A stretch of DNA of 64,000 bases from an uncultured candidate division Zixibacteria bacterium (GTDB lineage: Bacteria > Zixibacteria > MSB-5A5 > GN15 > FEB-12). Positions 31,206 through 40,691 of the stretch are shown here, piece by piece. The first letter of the stretch is position 1; every line of letters starts with the position of its first letter. The translations under genes and the position numbers were made by a program. Under the pieces are notes generated by a model that was not told where the DNA came from, did not search any database, and saw only the letters and a program-made list of their open reading frames with translations. The stretch is from NCBI GenBank assembly GCA_963735035.1, contig CAVTJJ010000004.1:768001-832000 (forward strand), read 5' to 3'.

Positions 31206-32127
31206 CGCCGATTTCGAAAAGATGGTGGATACGTCGGACGAGTGGATTGTCTCCCGGACAGGCATCCGCGAGCGACGTATTGCCACTGACGATATGTCCT
31301 GCGCCGATATGGCCGCCGAGGCGGCGCGCCGCGCTATGATTTCTGCCGGATGTACTCATGAAGATATCGATCTGGTCATCTGTGCGACGGTCACTCCTGA
31401 TTATCGCCTCCCTTCGAACGCCTGTGTTCTGCAGGAGATGATCGGTTTCCCCAATGCCGTCGCTTTTGATATAGTCTCGGCCTGCACCGGATTCATTAAC
31501 GGATTATCCATCGCCAATTCATTCATAGTCACCGGCCAGTACAAGCGGGCATTGGTGATAGGCGCAGAAAAATTGTCCTCGATCACGAATTACGCGGATC
31601 GCAACACCTGTGTCCTTTTCGGCGACGGCGCCGGAGCGGCGGTATTAGAGCCCAGCAACGATGGTCGCGGGGTCCTCTCGACATTCATGAAGTCCGACGG
31701 CAGCCTTCGGTCATGGCTATGGATTGAAAAGGGCGGCACGCGCCATCCGCACGTTCCAGGTGTACCCATCGGGACCAGCGACAAAATCCTGATGAACGGT
31801 GCGGAAGTCTTCAAAGTGGCGGTGCGCGCCATGGGGGCGGCGGCCAGCAAAGTTATCGAAGACGCCGGCCTGACTTCGGATGATATATCACTGTTTATCC
31901 CTCATCAGGCTAATCTGCGGATTATCGAGGCCATCGCCAAGCGGCTCAAACTGCCGCCGGAAAAAGTGTTCCTGAATATCGAGAAATACGGCAATACCTC
32001 GGCCGCATCGGTGCCGATCGCGCTGGATGAAGCCAGTCGCGCTGGACGGCTCAAGCCGGGCGACAACGTAGTTATGGTGGCTTTTGGCGGCGGCATGATC
32101 TGGGGCGCCGCGGCGGTGAAGTGGTAA
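31138..32127 (+). CDS. fabH: 3-oxoacyl-ACP synthase III
   Basis: DTSDEWI..RTGI, SACTGF, FGDGAGA, PHQAN, YGNTSAAS. Confidence 0.98.
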   Translation: MSHQLRARISGTGSYAPPGVMTNADFEKMVDTSDEWIVSRTGIRERRIATDDMSCADMAAEAARRAMISAGCTHEDIDLVICATVTPDYRLPSNACVLQEMIGFPNAVAFDIVSACTGFINGLSIANSFIVTGQYKRALVIGAEKLSSITNYADRNTCVLFGDGAGAAVLEPSNDGRGVLSTFMKSDGSLRSWLWIEKGGTRHPHVPGVPIGTSDKILMNGAEVFKVAVRAMGAAASKVIEDAGLTSDDISLFIPHQANLRIIEAIAKRLKLPPEKVFLNIEKYGNTSAASVPIALDEASRAGRLKPGDNVVMVAFGGGMIWGAAAVKW

Positions 32128-32131
32128 GAGC

Positions 32132-33064
32132 ATGAGCAAGACGGTTCTCTTCTTTCCCGGTCAGGCTTCCCAGTATGTGGGTATGGCCAAGGACCTGTAC
32201 GAATCTTCAGCCGAGGTGCGACGACTCTATGAGCTGGCGTCGGACGAAATCAAAGTAGATATCGCCCGGCTGTCGTTCGAGGGTCCAGCCGAAGAACTCA
32301 AACGGACGCGGTTTACGCAACCGGCGATATTGTTGCACTCACTGGCGGTACTACAAATCCTTGGTGATGCACTGCCCGATTTCGATTATGCGGCCGGTCA
32401 TTCATTAGGCGAATACGGTGCCCTGGCGGTCACCGGCGCTCTCACTTATGAAGACGCCGTTCGCGCTGTGGTGAGACGCGCTGCTTTGATGGAAGAGGCG
32501 TGTGTCAAGAATCCTGGCACTATGGCGGCTACTATGGGTCTCACACCGGAACAGGTACAGAAAGTGTGTGACGACGCCGCGCTGTCGGGAGTAGTCGTGC
32601 CGGCCAATTACAATTCAGAAGGTCAGATAGTGATCTCGGGCGATATCGCCGCGGTTGAGAAAGCGGCGGAGCTGGCCAAGGCGGCCGGAGCCAAGCGGGC
32701 GTTGCGGCTCGAAGTTGGCGGAGCGTTTCATTCGCCGCTGATGGAACCGGCGCGTGAAGGTCTGCGGCAATTCCTGGAGTCGGTAACAATTCGCCGCCCG
32801 TCGCGACCGGTGATTGCCAACGTTACCGCCGAACCGGTCACCGAGCCGGAACAGATCAGAGATTTGCTGACGCGACAGGTAACGGCCCCGGTGCGCTGGT
32901 CCCAGACCATGGCCTGGCTGGTAGGAGCTGATGTGACGCGTATTTACGAAATCGGACCCGGCAAGGTCCTGACCGGTCTGGCCCGGCGCGAAATGAAACC
33001 GATGGAATCGTTCAATATAGACACTCTGGCCGATATCTCGGCCCTGACCCCCGCGACCAGATAG
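32132..33064 (+). CDS. fabD: Malonyl-CoA:ACP transacylase
   Basis: FPGQASQ, GHSLGEY, AFHS. Confidence 0.98.
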   Translation: MSKTVLFFPGQASQYVGMAKDLYESSAEVRRLYELASDEIKVDIARLSFEGPAEELKRTRFTQPAILLHSLAVLQILGDALPDFDYAAGHSLGEYGALAVTGALTYEDAVRAVVRRAALMEEACVKNPGTMAATMGLTPEQVQKVCDDAALSGVVVPANYNSEGQIVISGDIAAVEKAAELAKAAGAKRALRLEVGGAFHSPLMEPAREGLRQFLESVTIRRPSRPVIANVTAEPVTEPEQIRDLLTRQVTAPVRWSQTMAWLVGADVTRIYEIGPGKVLTGLARREMKPMESFNIDTLADISALTPATR

Positions 33065-33078
33065 CTGCGAGGCAAGAA

Positions 33079-33810
33079 ATGGATTTCACAGGCAAGACGG
33101 CACTAATTACGGGTTCAGCGCGGGGAATAGGCTTCGCGATCGCCCAACGCTTCTCCAAGGCTGGTGCGGCGGTGGTGCTTTGCGATGTCGATGAGGCCGG
33201 TGTGACCCAGGCCGCCGCCAGTCTGCCGGGGAAAGTGATCGGCGTCAAGACCAATGTCACCAGCGCCGACGATATCGCCCACCTGTTCGAGACCGCTCTC
33301 AAAGAATTTCAGCACGTCGACGTGGTGGTAAATAATGCCGGAATTACGCGCGATACGCTTATGATCCGTATGGACGAAAAAGACTGGGACCTCGTGCTTG
33401 ACATCAACCTCAAGGGGGCGTTTCTTGTCACGAAGGCGGCCAGCCGAATTATGATGAAACAGCGCTCCGGGCGGATCGTAAATATCAGCTCGGTGGTTGG
33501 GTTGACTGGCAACGCCGGACAGGCCAATTATTCCGCCTCCAAGGCCGGACTGGTCGGGTTGACCAAGTCGGCGGCCAAGGAACTGGCCTCGCGTGGTGTC
33601 ACCGTGAACGCGGTGGCTCCCGGTTTTATCGAAACGGAGATGACGAAATCGTTGCCGGAAGCGGCCCGGGAAGAATTCCTGAAGAAGGTTCTGATCAGTC
33701 GCGCCGGGACACCCGATGATATCGCTTCGGCCGTATTGTTTCTGGCGTCGGATGAAGCTTCGTACATAACCGGCCAGGTGCTTACGGTCGACGGCGGCCT
33801 TACAGTTTAG
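33079..33810 (+). CDS. fabG: 3-oxoacyl-ACP reductase
   Basis: TGSARGIG, NNAGITRD, YSASK. Confidence 0.98.
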   Translation: MDFTGKTALITGSARGIGFAIAQRFSKAGAAVVLCDVDEAGVTQAAASLPGKVIGVKTNVTSADDIAHLFETALKEFQHVDVVVNNAGITRDTLMIRMDEKDWDLVLDINLKGAFLVTKAASRIMMKQRSGRIVNISSVVGLTGNAGQANYSASKAGLVGLTKSAAKELASRGVTVNAVAPGFIETEMTKSLPEAAREEFLKKVLISRAGTPDDIASAVLFLASDEASYITGQVLTVDGGLTV

Positions 33811-33849
33811 AAATCAATAGAAGAAGTCAGATCATAGAAGGAGCTACTC

Positions 33850-34083
33850 ATGTCTGTTGAGCAGAAAGTAAAAGAAATCATCGTCGAACAACTCGGCGTC
33901 GAAGAGAGCCAGGTAACTCCCCAGGCCAAGTTCGTGGACGATCTGGGCGCTGATTCCCTGGATACGGTCGAGCTGGTCATGGCCCTGGAAGAGGCCTTCG
34001 ACCTGGAAATCCCTGATGAAGACGCCGAGAAGATCACGTCGGTCGGCGACGCCATCAAGTATATCGATAGCAAGAAGAAGTAA
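33850..34083 (+). CDS. acpP: Acyl carrier protein
   Basis: [12 protein letters not shown]. Confidence 0.99.
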   Translation: MSVEQKVKEIIVEQLGVEESQVTPQAKFVDDLGADSLDTVELVMALEEAFDLEIPDEDAEKITSVGDAIKYIDSKKK

Positions 34084-34133
34084 CGGTGGGGCCGGTTCCA
34101 CCCGGAACCGGCCTTATCTCGAGGTACAAGATC

Positions 34134-35381
34134 ATGCGCATCCGGGCCGTAGTCACAGGTATGGGGGTCGTGTCTCCTGTAGGCAACAATGTCGAGCAGT
34201 TCTGGCAGGCGTTGCTGAAGGGGGAATCGGGCGTCGGTCCGGTCACGAAGTTCGATGCTTCCAAGTACACCACGCGGATTGCAGCCGAAGTGAAGAATTT
34301 CGACTCCCTGTTGTATTTCGAGAAGAAAGAGCTCAAGCGCACGGATGTCGTACAGCAATTTGCCATTGCAGCCGCTCAACAAGCGGTTGACGATTCCGGC
34401 ATCAACCTCGAAACGGTCGATCACGACCGGGTCGGCGTGGTCATCGGATCAGGCATCGGCGGCATGGAAACGTTCGAAGAGCAGGTTATCAAGACCCACT
34501 GCTCCGGACCGGATCGGGTATCACCGTTCTTCATTCCCATGATGATTATCGACATGTGCGCCGGACTGGTGGCGATGCGTTTCAATTTTCACGGTCCGAA
34601 CTACGGCGTCGTTTCCGCTTGTGCGTCGTCTTCACACGCCATTCTCGATGCCTATCGCATCATCCAGAGAGGCGAATCCGACATAATCTTCGCCGGGGGC
34701 GCCGAGGCGCCGATTACACCGGCGGCGCTGGCCGGATTCTGTCAGGCCAGGGCCATGTCTATCCGCAATGAAGACCCCACCCGGGCGTCGCGTCCTTTTG
34801 ACAAAGGCCGTGACGGTTTCGTGATGGGTGAAGGGGCCGCCATGCTGGCGGTCGAATCGTACGAGCACGCCGTGAAGCGCGGCGCCCGCATCTACGGCGA
34901 GATTCTTGGCGCCGGGATGTCCGCCGACGCCTATCACATTACGGCACCGCACCCGGAAGGACTGGGCGCGCGGCTATCCATGGCCTCCGCTCTGAAGGAT
35001 GCCGGTCTCAGACCGGAACAAATCGGTCACATCAACACTCACGGTACTTCTACCGGCCTGGGTGATATCGCCGAGACCAAAGCCATCAAGGCGGTCTTTG
35101 GCGAACACGCTTACAAATTTCCGTGCAATTCCACCAAGTCCATGACCGGTCATCTGCTGGGAGCCGCCGGAGCGGTCGAACTGGTCACCATATTCAAAGC
35201 CATGCAGACTGGCATGGTTCACGCCACCACTAACCTCGACGATCCCGATCCCGAGTGTGATCTCGATTACGTGCCCAACCAGGCCCGCGCTTGCAGCATC
35301 AATTACGCGCTTTCCAATTCCTTCGGTTTCGGCGGACACAACGTCACGCTTGCGGTCGGATCGGTGAACAGCGCCGGATAG
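34134..35381 (+). CDS. fabF: 3-oxoacyl-ACP synthase II
   Basis: SACASS, HGTST, KSMTGHLLGA, SFGFGGHN. Confidence 0.98.
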   Translation: MRIRAVVTGMGVVSPVGNNVEQFWQALLKGESGVGPVTKFDASKYTTRIAAEVKNFDSLLYFEKKELKRTDVVQQFAIAAAQQAVDDSGINLETVDHDRVGVVIGSGIGGMETFEEQVIKTHCSGPDRVSPFFIPMMIIDMCAGLVAMRFNFHGPNYGVVSACASSSHAILDAYRIIQRGESDIIFAGGAEAPITPAALAGFCQARAMSIRNEDPTRASRPFDKGRDGFVMGEGAAMLAVESYEHAVKRGARIYGEILGAGMSADAYHITAPHPEGLGARLSMASALKDAGLRPEQIGHINTHGTSTGLGDIAETKAIKAVFGEHAYKFPCNSTKSMTGHLLGAAGAVELVTIFKAMQTGMVHATTNLDDPDPECDLDYVPNQARACSINYALSNSFGFGGHNVTLAVGSVNSAG

Positions 35382-36134
35382 ATGAACCTCTGGGCTCAGA
35401 TCAGGCGACTCCTTCCCGGATTATCACCGGTTTCTGATTCTCAGGACTTCAGCCGATTAGAGGGTATCCTTCACTATCGGTTCAATAATTATGCCCTGCT
35501 ACAGGAGGGATTGGCGCATCGCTCCATAGTACGTGTCCGTAACGGCGCGATCTCTTCCAACGAGCGCCTGGAGTTCCTCGGCGATTCGGTGCTGGGTCTG
35601 GTTATTTCCGACCAGTTGTATCGCGATAATCCGAATATGAACGAGGGTGCCCTCACGAAGATGAAAGCGATGCTGGTCAATGAATCGACCCTCTCCCGGG
35701 TCGCCATCGAAATAGGCTTCAACGATCATGTAGTCATATCCCCCGAGGAGGAGAAGAGCGGCGGGCGCGAACGAGCGTCGATTGTCTCCGATGCCTTCGA
35801 GGCGGTGATTGGAGCGATCTATCTCGACGGCGGCCTGGAGGCGGCGCGTCGCACGGTGCTGGAATGCGTCTATGCGCGCCGTGAAGCCATCGTCAGTGAC
35901 GATTCGTTGCGTAATTATAAAGGCGATCTGCTCGAATTGATACAGTCTCGGGGCGAGCCGGCTCCTCAGTACGAAGTGGTCCGCGAGACCGGTCCCGACC
36001 ATGACAAGACGTTCTGTGTGGTTGTCTGGGTCGGCGGACAACGTCTCGGCGAAGGCACGGGTGCTTCGAAGAAAGAAGCGGAGCAGCGTGCCGCCGGTGA
36101 AGCGCTAACACGTCTGGAAAAAGTCGAACCGTAA
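35382..36134 (+). CDS. rnc: Ribonuclease III
   Basis: NERLEFLGDSVL, DAFEAVIGAIYLD, C-terminal dsRBD. Confidence 0.98.
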   Translation: MNLWAQIRRLLPGLSPVSDSQDFSRLEGILHYRFNNYALLQEGLAHRSIVRVRNGAISSNERLEFLGDSVLGLVISDQLYRDNPNMNEGALTKMKAMLVNESTLSRVAIEIGFNDHVVISPEEEKSGGRERASIVSDAFEAVIGAIYLDGGLEAARRTVLECVYARREAIVSDDSLRNYKGDLLELIQSRGEPAPQYEVVRETGPDHDKTFCVVVWVGGQRLGEGTGASKKEAEQRAAGEALTRLEKVEP

Positions 36135-36383
36135 GCATCGTCTCGGAGTTGCGCCCGCATTCACGCCAAAATTCTCCGGATAGACATACTTATGGCGTCG
36201 TTTGGACGGGGCATCCTGCTCAAATTCATTGACTTAATTGTTGACATCTTTGAGTGAGAGTGTACATTGCAGGCCAATATTACGACTATTCGTCCGGTGT
36301 GTTCGGACGTATAACTATGAGTATGACGATTTAGACAACAATCACCTTAATCTCCCTTTTACATTTTCAAGGAGTCACATTCA

Positions 36384-36737
36384 ATGCGTAAGACGAAAAC
36401 GAAGAAGACCGCTGCGAAGGCCAAGGCGGTGCGCAAGGTGCGCAAAGGGGCCAAGGCTTGGACCGCTACTGAAGTGTCCACGCTGCGTAAATCCTACAAA
36501 TCAACTCCGGCCAGCAAGATTGCCAAGATGCTCAAACGCACCAAGGCATCGGTGCAGACCAAGGTTCGCCTGCTCGGTTTGAAGAAGGCTGCCAAGAAGA
36601 AGGTCGCCCGGACCAAGCCGGCCCGCCGCAAGGTGGCCGCCGCCCGTCCGATTCGCCGCAAAGTGGCGCGTCGTACGTCGGTCCGTCGCCGCGTAGCCGC
36701 GAAGAAGCCAGCTCGCCGGACTGCCCGCAGACGCTAA
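36384..36737 (+). CDS. Highly basic histone-H1-like protein with small helical domain
   Basis: AAGGAG RBS; K/R/A-rich tails around WTATEVSTLRKSY..IAKMLKRTKASVQTK..LGL; followed by terminator. Confidence 0.8.
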   Translation: MRKTKTKKTAAKAKAVRKVRKGAKAWTATEVSTLRKSYKSTPASKIAKMLKRTKASVQTKVRLLGLKKAAKKKVARTKPARRKVAAARPIRRKVARRTSVRRRVAAKKPARRTARRR

Positions 36738-36762
36738 GCGACTGCGGAAGCTGAATCATGAT

Positions 36763-36798
36763 ACGGCGATTCGCCCAAAGGCGGATCGCCGTTTCTTT
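36763..36798 (+). terminator. Intrinsic terminator
   Basis: ACGGCGATTCGCC-CAAA-GGCGGATCGCCGT followed by TTCTTT. Confidence 0.75.
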
Positions 36799-36878
36799 GT
36801 GACCCTTGACATCATCCCTCCGATCACCGATATTTCTGTCCAATTGACGACGAATCTCGTAGCTATGGTGATAGAAGC

Positions 36879-37664
36879 ATGAACATTCTCATTTTGGTCA
36901 AACAGGTTCCGGAAATAGCGTTGATTAAGGTCGATGCCGCCGCGAACCAAATCGTGATGCCCGAAGGTCCGGGAGTCGTGAACCCTCAGGATGAATACGC
37001 CATTGAAGAGGGTCTGCGCATCAAGGAGAAATCGAGCGGCAAGTGCATAGTTATGTCGGTCGGTACCGAGCGGACCGAGTCTGCTTTGCGCGACTGCCTG
37101 GCCCTGGGTGTCGATGATGCCTATTTGTTGTGTGACCCCAAATTCGACGGTTCCGACCAGCAGGCTTTGGCCAAGATCCTGGCCGCCGGAATCAAGAAAC
37201 TGGGCGGGATCGACCTCGTCCTGGCCGGACGCCAGGCAATCGATTCCGACGCCTCACAGGTTCCGGGGGCGGTCGCGGCCGGTCTGGATTGGCCGCAGGC
37301 GATGTTTGTGAAGAAATTCGAGTCTATCGGCGACGGCAAAGCGGTCGTCTATCGGACTACCGAAGACGGCTACGACGTGGTCGAATTGACCTTGCCGGCT
37401 GTGGTGTCGGTGATTAAAGAAATCAACGAGCCGAGATTGCCGTCGCTCAAGGGCAAAATGGCCGCCAAGAAGAAGGCCATCACGCGCTGGTCGGCCGCCG
37501 ATCTCGGTCTTGATGGCAACGGTACCGGCGCTGATTCCCGCACCACCCGGCTGAGCGTGACCCCGCCGCCGCCTCGCCCGAAAGGCGAGATCATAACCGG
37601 AGATACGCCGGAAGCTATCGCCGACAAGCTGTTTCAGAAGCTGCGCGATAATCAGGTGATATGA
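36879..37664 (+). CDS. etfB: Electron transfer flavoprotein beta subunit
   Basis: LVKQVP, NPQDEYAIEEG, GRQAID, NEPRLPSL. Confidence 0.96.
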   Translation: MNILILVKQVPEIALIKVDAAANQIVMPEGPGVVNPQDEYAIEEGLRIKEKSSGKCIVMSVGTERTESALRDCLALGVDDAYLLCDPKFDGSDQQALAKILAAGIKKLGGIDLVLAGRQAIDSDASQVPGAVAAGLDWPQAMFVKKFESIGDGKAVVYRTTEDGYDVVELTLPAVVSVIKEINEPRLPSLKGKMAAKKKAITRWSAADLGLDGNGTGADSRTTRLSVTPPPPRPKGEIITGDTPEAIADKLFQKLRDNQVI

Positions 37665-37667
37665 TAT

Positions 37668-37692
37668 AGGGCCGCCGCAAGGCGGCCTTTTT
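37668..37692 (+). terminator. Intrinsic terminator after etfB
   Basis: GGCCGCC-GCAA-GGCGGCC followed by T5. Confidence 0.8.
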
Positions 37693-37714
37693 GTAATGTG
37701 TTGTATGAATGTTG

Positions 37715-37838
37715 TGTCAGTTCCTGCGCCCCGATTGAAATCGGGGCGTGTGAACTGACACTTCTTGCAAGCACTTGCTAACGTGTCAGGTCACATCCCC
37801 GACCCGCCTTCGGCAGGCCGGGGACAGGACCTGACACA
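37715..37838. repeat. REP-like nested palindromes (TGTCAG...CTGACA family)
   Basis: Two nested hairpins; related copies at ~54461-54541 and ~56387-56426. Confidence 0.65.
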
Positions 37839-37858
37839 ACCATAGTAGCGCCCGTCTG

Positions 37859-38222
37859 ATGCTAATTCGACGATTATCCCAGTGCCCCGAGTTCACTGCC
37901 GGCGATCTTACTCAGCCTTCGGGAACTGCTTCACCCCGACCGCGACTATCCGTTCCATGGCCGGTATTCCCTGGCTCATGCAACGGTCCAACCGGGCGGG
38001 AAGAGCCGCCGCCATCGTCTCCAAACCGACGAAGTCTATTATATCCTGAGTGGCCGGGGGAAGATGCACATCAATGATGAATCGGCCGAGGTCGCCTCGG
38101 GGGATGTGGTTGAGATTCCGCCGGGAAGTGAGCAATGGATCGAAAATGTCGGCGAGGATGACCTGGCCTTTTTGTGCATAGTCGATCCCGCCTGGCGAGC
38201 GGAAGACGAAGAGGTCTTGTAG
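37859..38222 (+). pseudogene. Cupin domain protein with one extra base near 37916
   Basis: MLIRRLSQCPEFTAGDLTQ joins, after removing one C, LRELLHPDR...RHRLQTDEVYYILSGRG...IPPG..QWIEN..LAFLCIVDPAW, stop at 38220-22. Confidence 0.8.
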
Positions 38223-38390
38223 GTCAGGATGACCTGACGCTACTGCGCGAACCGGCAGATGTGGACATCTGCCGGGCACGTTATTCGATGTGGGCCCGCC
38301 GCGGCGGGCCGGGCACTGGAGCAGCCAGCTCTGATCCGCCCCCCAAATTTGAATTTTGACAACGATTTTGCGGAGTCGATATATTCCGAC

Positions 38391-40635
38391 ATGATACGGA
38401 CGGGATCTATCAAGGGAATTGTCGGTGTTTTCACGATATTTGTCGCGCTGATAGTCCTCGCCGCCTCTGCCAGCGCCGCCGGACTAATCGATCAGGCGCT
38501 CAACGACCTTCAGGTGTTGTATCTCTTCGACGATCCCCAAACCATCGACTGGCCCACTCTCTATTATATAAATGAAGCCTCCGCCTGCGACGTCGGGCTG
38601 CTTTCGATAGCTCCCGGATCGGGGTTCGCATACAGTATCCGCGATATCCCCGGCAAGGCGATCACGCTCTATCAGTACAACCTGGCGTCGGACAACCCCG
38701 CCCTGCTCGATTCGGTGCTGGCCGTACAGTTTCGCTCTCGACGCCCCGACGTGGTCATCGTTGGCGCGGTCGAGCCAAACTCGCTGACCGGACAGTTGGC
38801 CGCCAGGATTCAGAATCTGGCCGAGCAACCGGGTTCAATATACACGATTCGAAAGATCTATCGCGATCTGGCCGGAAAGACATCGGCCGCTCCAACCGGT
38901 CGTGTTGTCACGATTTCCCGGAGCGAGATGTACGCGCGCTACAAAGAACGGATGGAGGCGGAGATTCCGCAGCTCTATCGCTGGCTGCAGGTGGAACCGT
39001 CGTCCGAAGTCGTTCTGATGCGCTACGAGATGGTCGCGCAGAAGGGGCTAAAGGGAGATTCGGGACCGGATTTTCTGTCGGGTTTGGACCCATTGCGCTT
39101 GTTGCCATTGCTGGATTCGGTTCTGGCCAATGGAGCCATCAAACAATCGTTTGTTTCGCGGGCGCGGATGTTTGTGACATTTTTCGACGGGGCGCGTCGC
39201 ACCGTGGGCGCCAAGCGGGTCGAAAACGCCATGGCCGGCCACAAGGCGCTGTTGGCTCTTCTCGACCAGATCCAGACCGAGCCGGTACTCAATGGCATAG
39301 CCGATCTTCGCCCTTATCTGGAAACGCTCGCCGCCAAAGCGCAGAAGGCGGTGCTGAACGAAATCGGCATGAGCTGGGAAGGGAATATTCTCCTGCGGGA
39401 TTCGCCCGCTGGGCCCCCGATTGAAGTTCCGGGCGTCGCTTTCGGTGGACGGACCGAAGACGGTCGAGTTATCGTATGTCAGTTTCCGACCGTACTGGGA
39501 TACAACGACCGTGCTGCTCGATTCCTCCTCGCACCGGATTGAGCCTCACCAATCGTTCTTGCGTGAATATCTGGTTGATATCGACCGGGATCGTCTCGAA
39601 GCCTCGATGCCGGAGTCGCTTGTCTTTGTCGCCGAGATCGTCTATAGCTCGGTGCCGATGAAAGTCCGGTCGGCGATTCCGATCTGGGAAAAGCCGGACC
39701 TGCAAGTAGCTTTCCATCCCGATTTCTTCTTCGTGCCACCGGTGGCGCGAATCGAGGTTGATCGAATAGTCTCGGCCATGAACTGGAAGGCGGTCATCAC
39801 GAAGCCTCGATACTATGCCGGGACAGTGACCCTCAATCTGGAGACGCCTCGTGGTCTGTTCGCGGGGGCGTACAAACAGTCCTGGGTACTCGACCGGGGA
39901 CGAACTTCCGAGACCGTGCGGATACCGTTCTCGATTTCGAATCTCTTCGAACTCGGCATTCAGCAGCAAACCATTTCGCTTACCGTCGAAGGTCGGGTGG
40001 TGGCGGTTGATACCGGCCTCATCCGGGTGGCGGCCTGTGAAATAGGCGACAAGGTCACCATCGGTCTGATGCCCGATTCGACCGGACTCTTGGAAGACAT
40101 CCTGCGCATGGCGGGCGCCAACTATCGCCCTCTGACCGACCGCACTCTTCAGACCGGTGATCTGGACGCCTATTCAGTCATTCTGGTCGGCTCCGGGGCG
40201 ATCCGAGATTATCCGTCGTTCCGGAGCGTTACCGGACGCCTCGAAGATTATATGCGCAACGGTGGCTCTGTGGTACTGTTAGGACAGCCGTCAGACTGGC
40301 CCGAAGGTGTCCTGCCGGTGTCGTTTGTTCCGTCCATGGAACGGGTCGTGTCGGCTGAAATTCTGAACCGAATTCCTAAGGCCAAGCTACTGACTTCGAC
40401 GTATTCAATTTCGGATAGCAGCCTGTTGGCGTTGCTCCAAATTCGGCGCGAGGTGGCCGCCGGTATAATCTCTCCGGCCGAACCGGTTCTGGTGACTCCA
40501 TCCGGTGCCACGCTCTTGAGTGTTACCCGCCTTGACGAAGGGCAACTGATATACTGCGGTTTGCCTCTGGTTGACATGATCTCCCAACTCAATATTGAAG
40601 CCATTCACCTGCTGGCGAATATCCTGAACTACTGA
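38391..40635 (+). pseudogene. Large exported LmbE/PIG-L-like multidomain protein, frameshift in C5 run near 39415
   Basis: ORFs ending at 39542 and 40635 join at GGGCCCCCGATTG. C-terminal GATase-like domain (GDLDAYSVILVG..LEDYMRNGGSVV). Confidence 0.6.
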
Positions 40636-40691
40636 CCTTTGCGTGTGTTATACTACCTCGATCTCGGATATTGAGGTAAGGTAGCCAAGTC

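Noticed and set aside
34090..34113. Hairpin between acpP and fabF as an ncRNA
   Set aside because: A single stem-loop without its own promoter; likely an mRNA stability or partial termination element.
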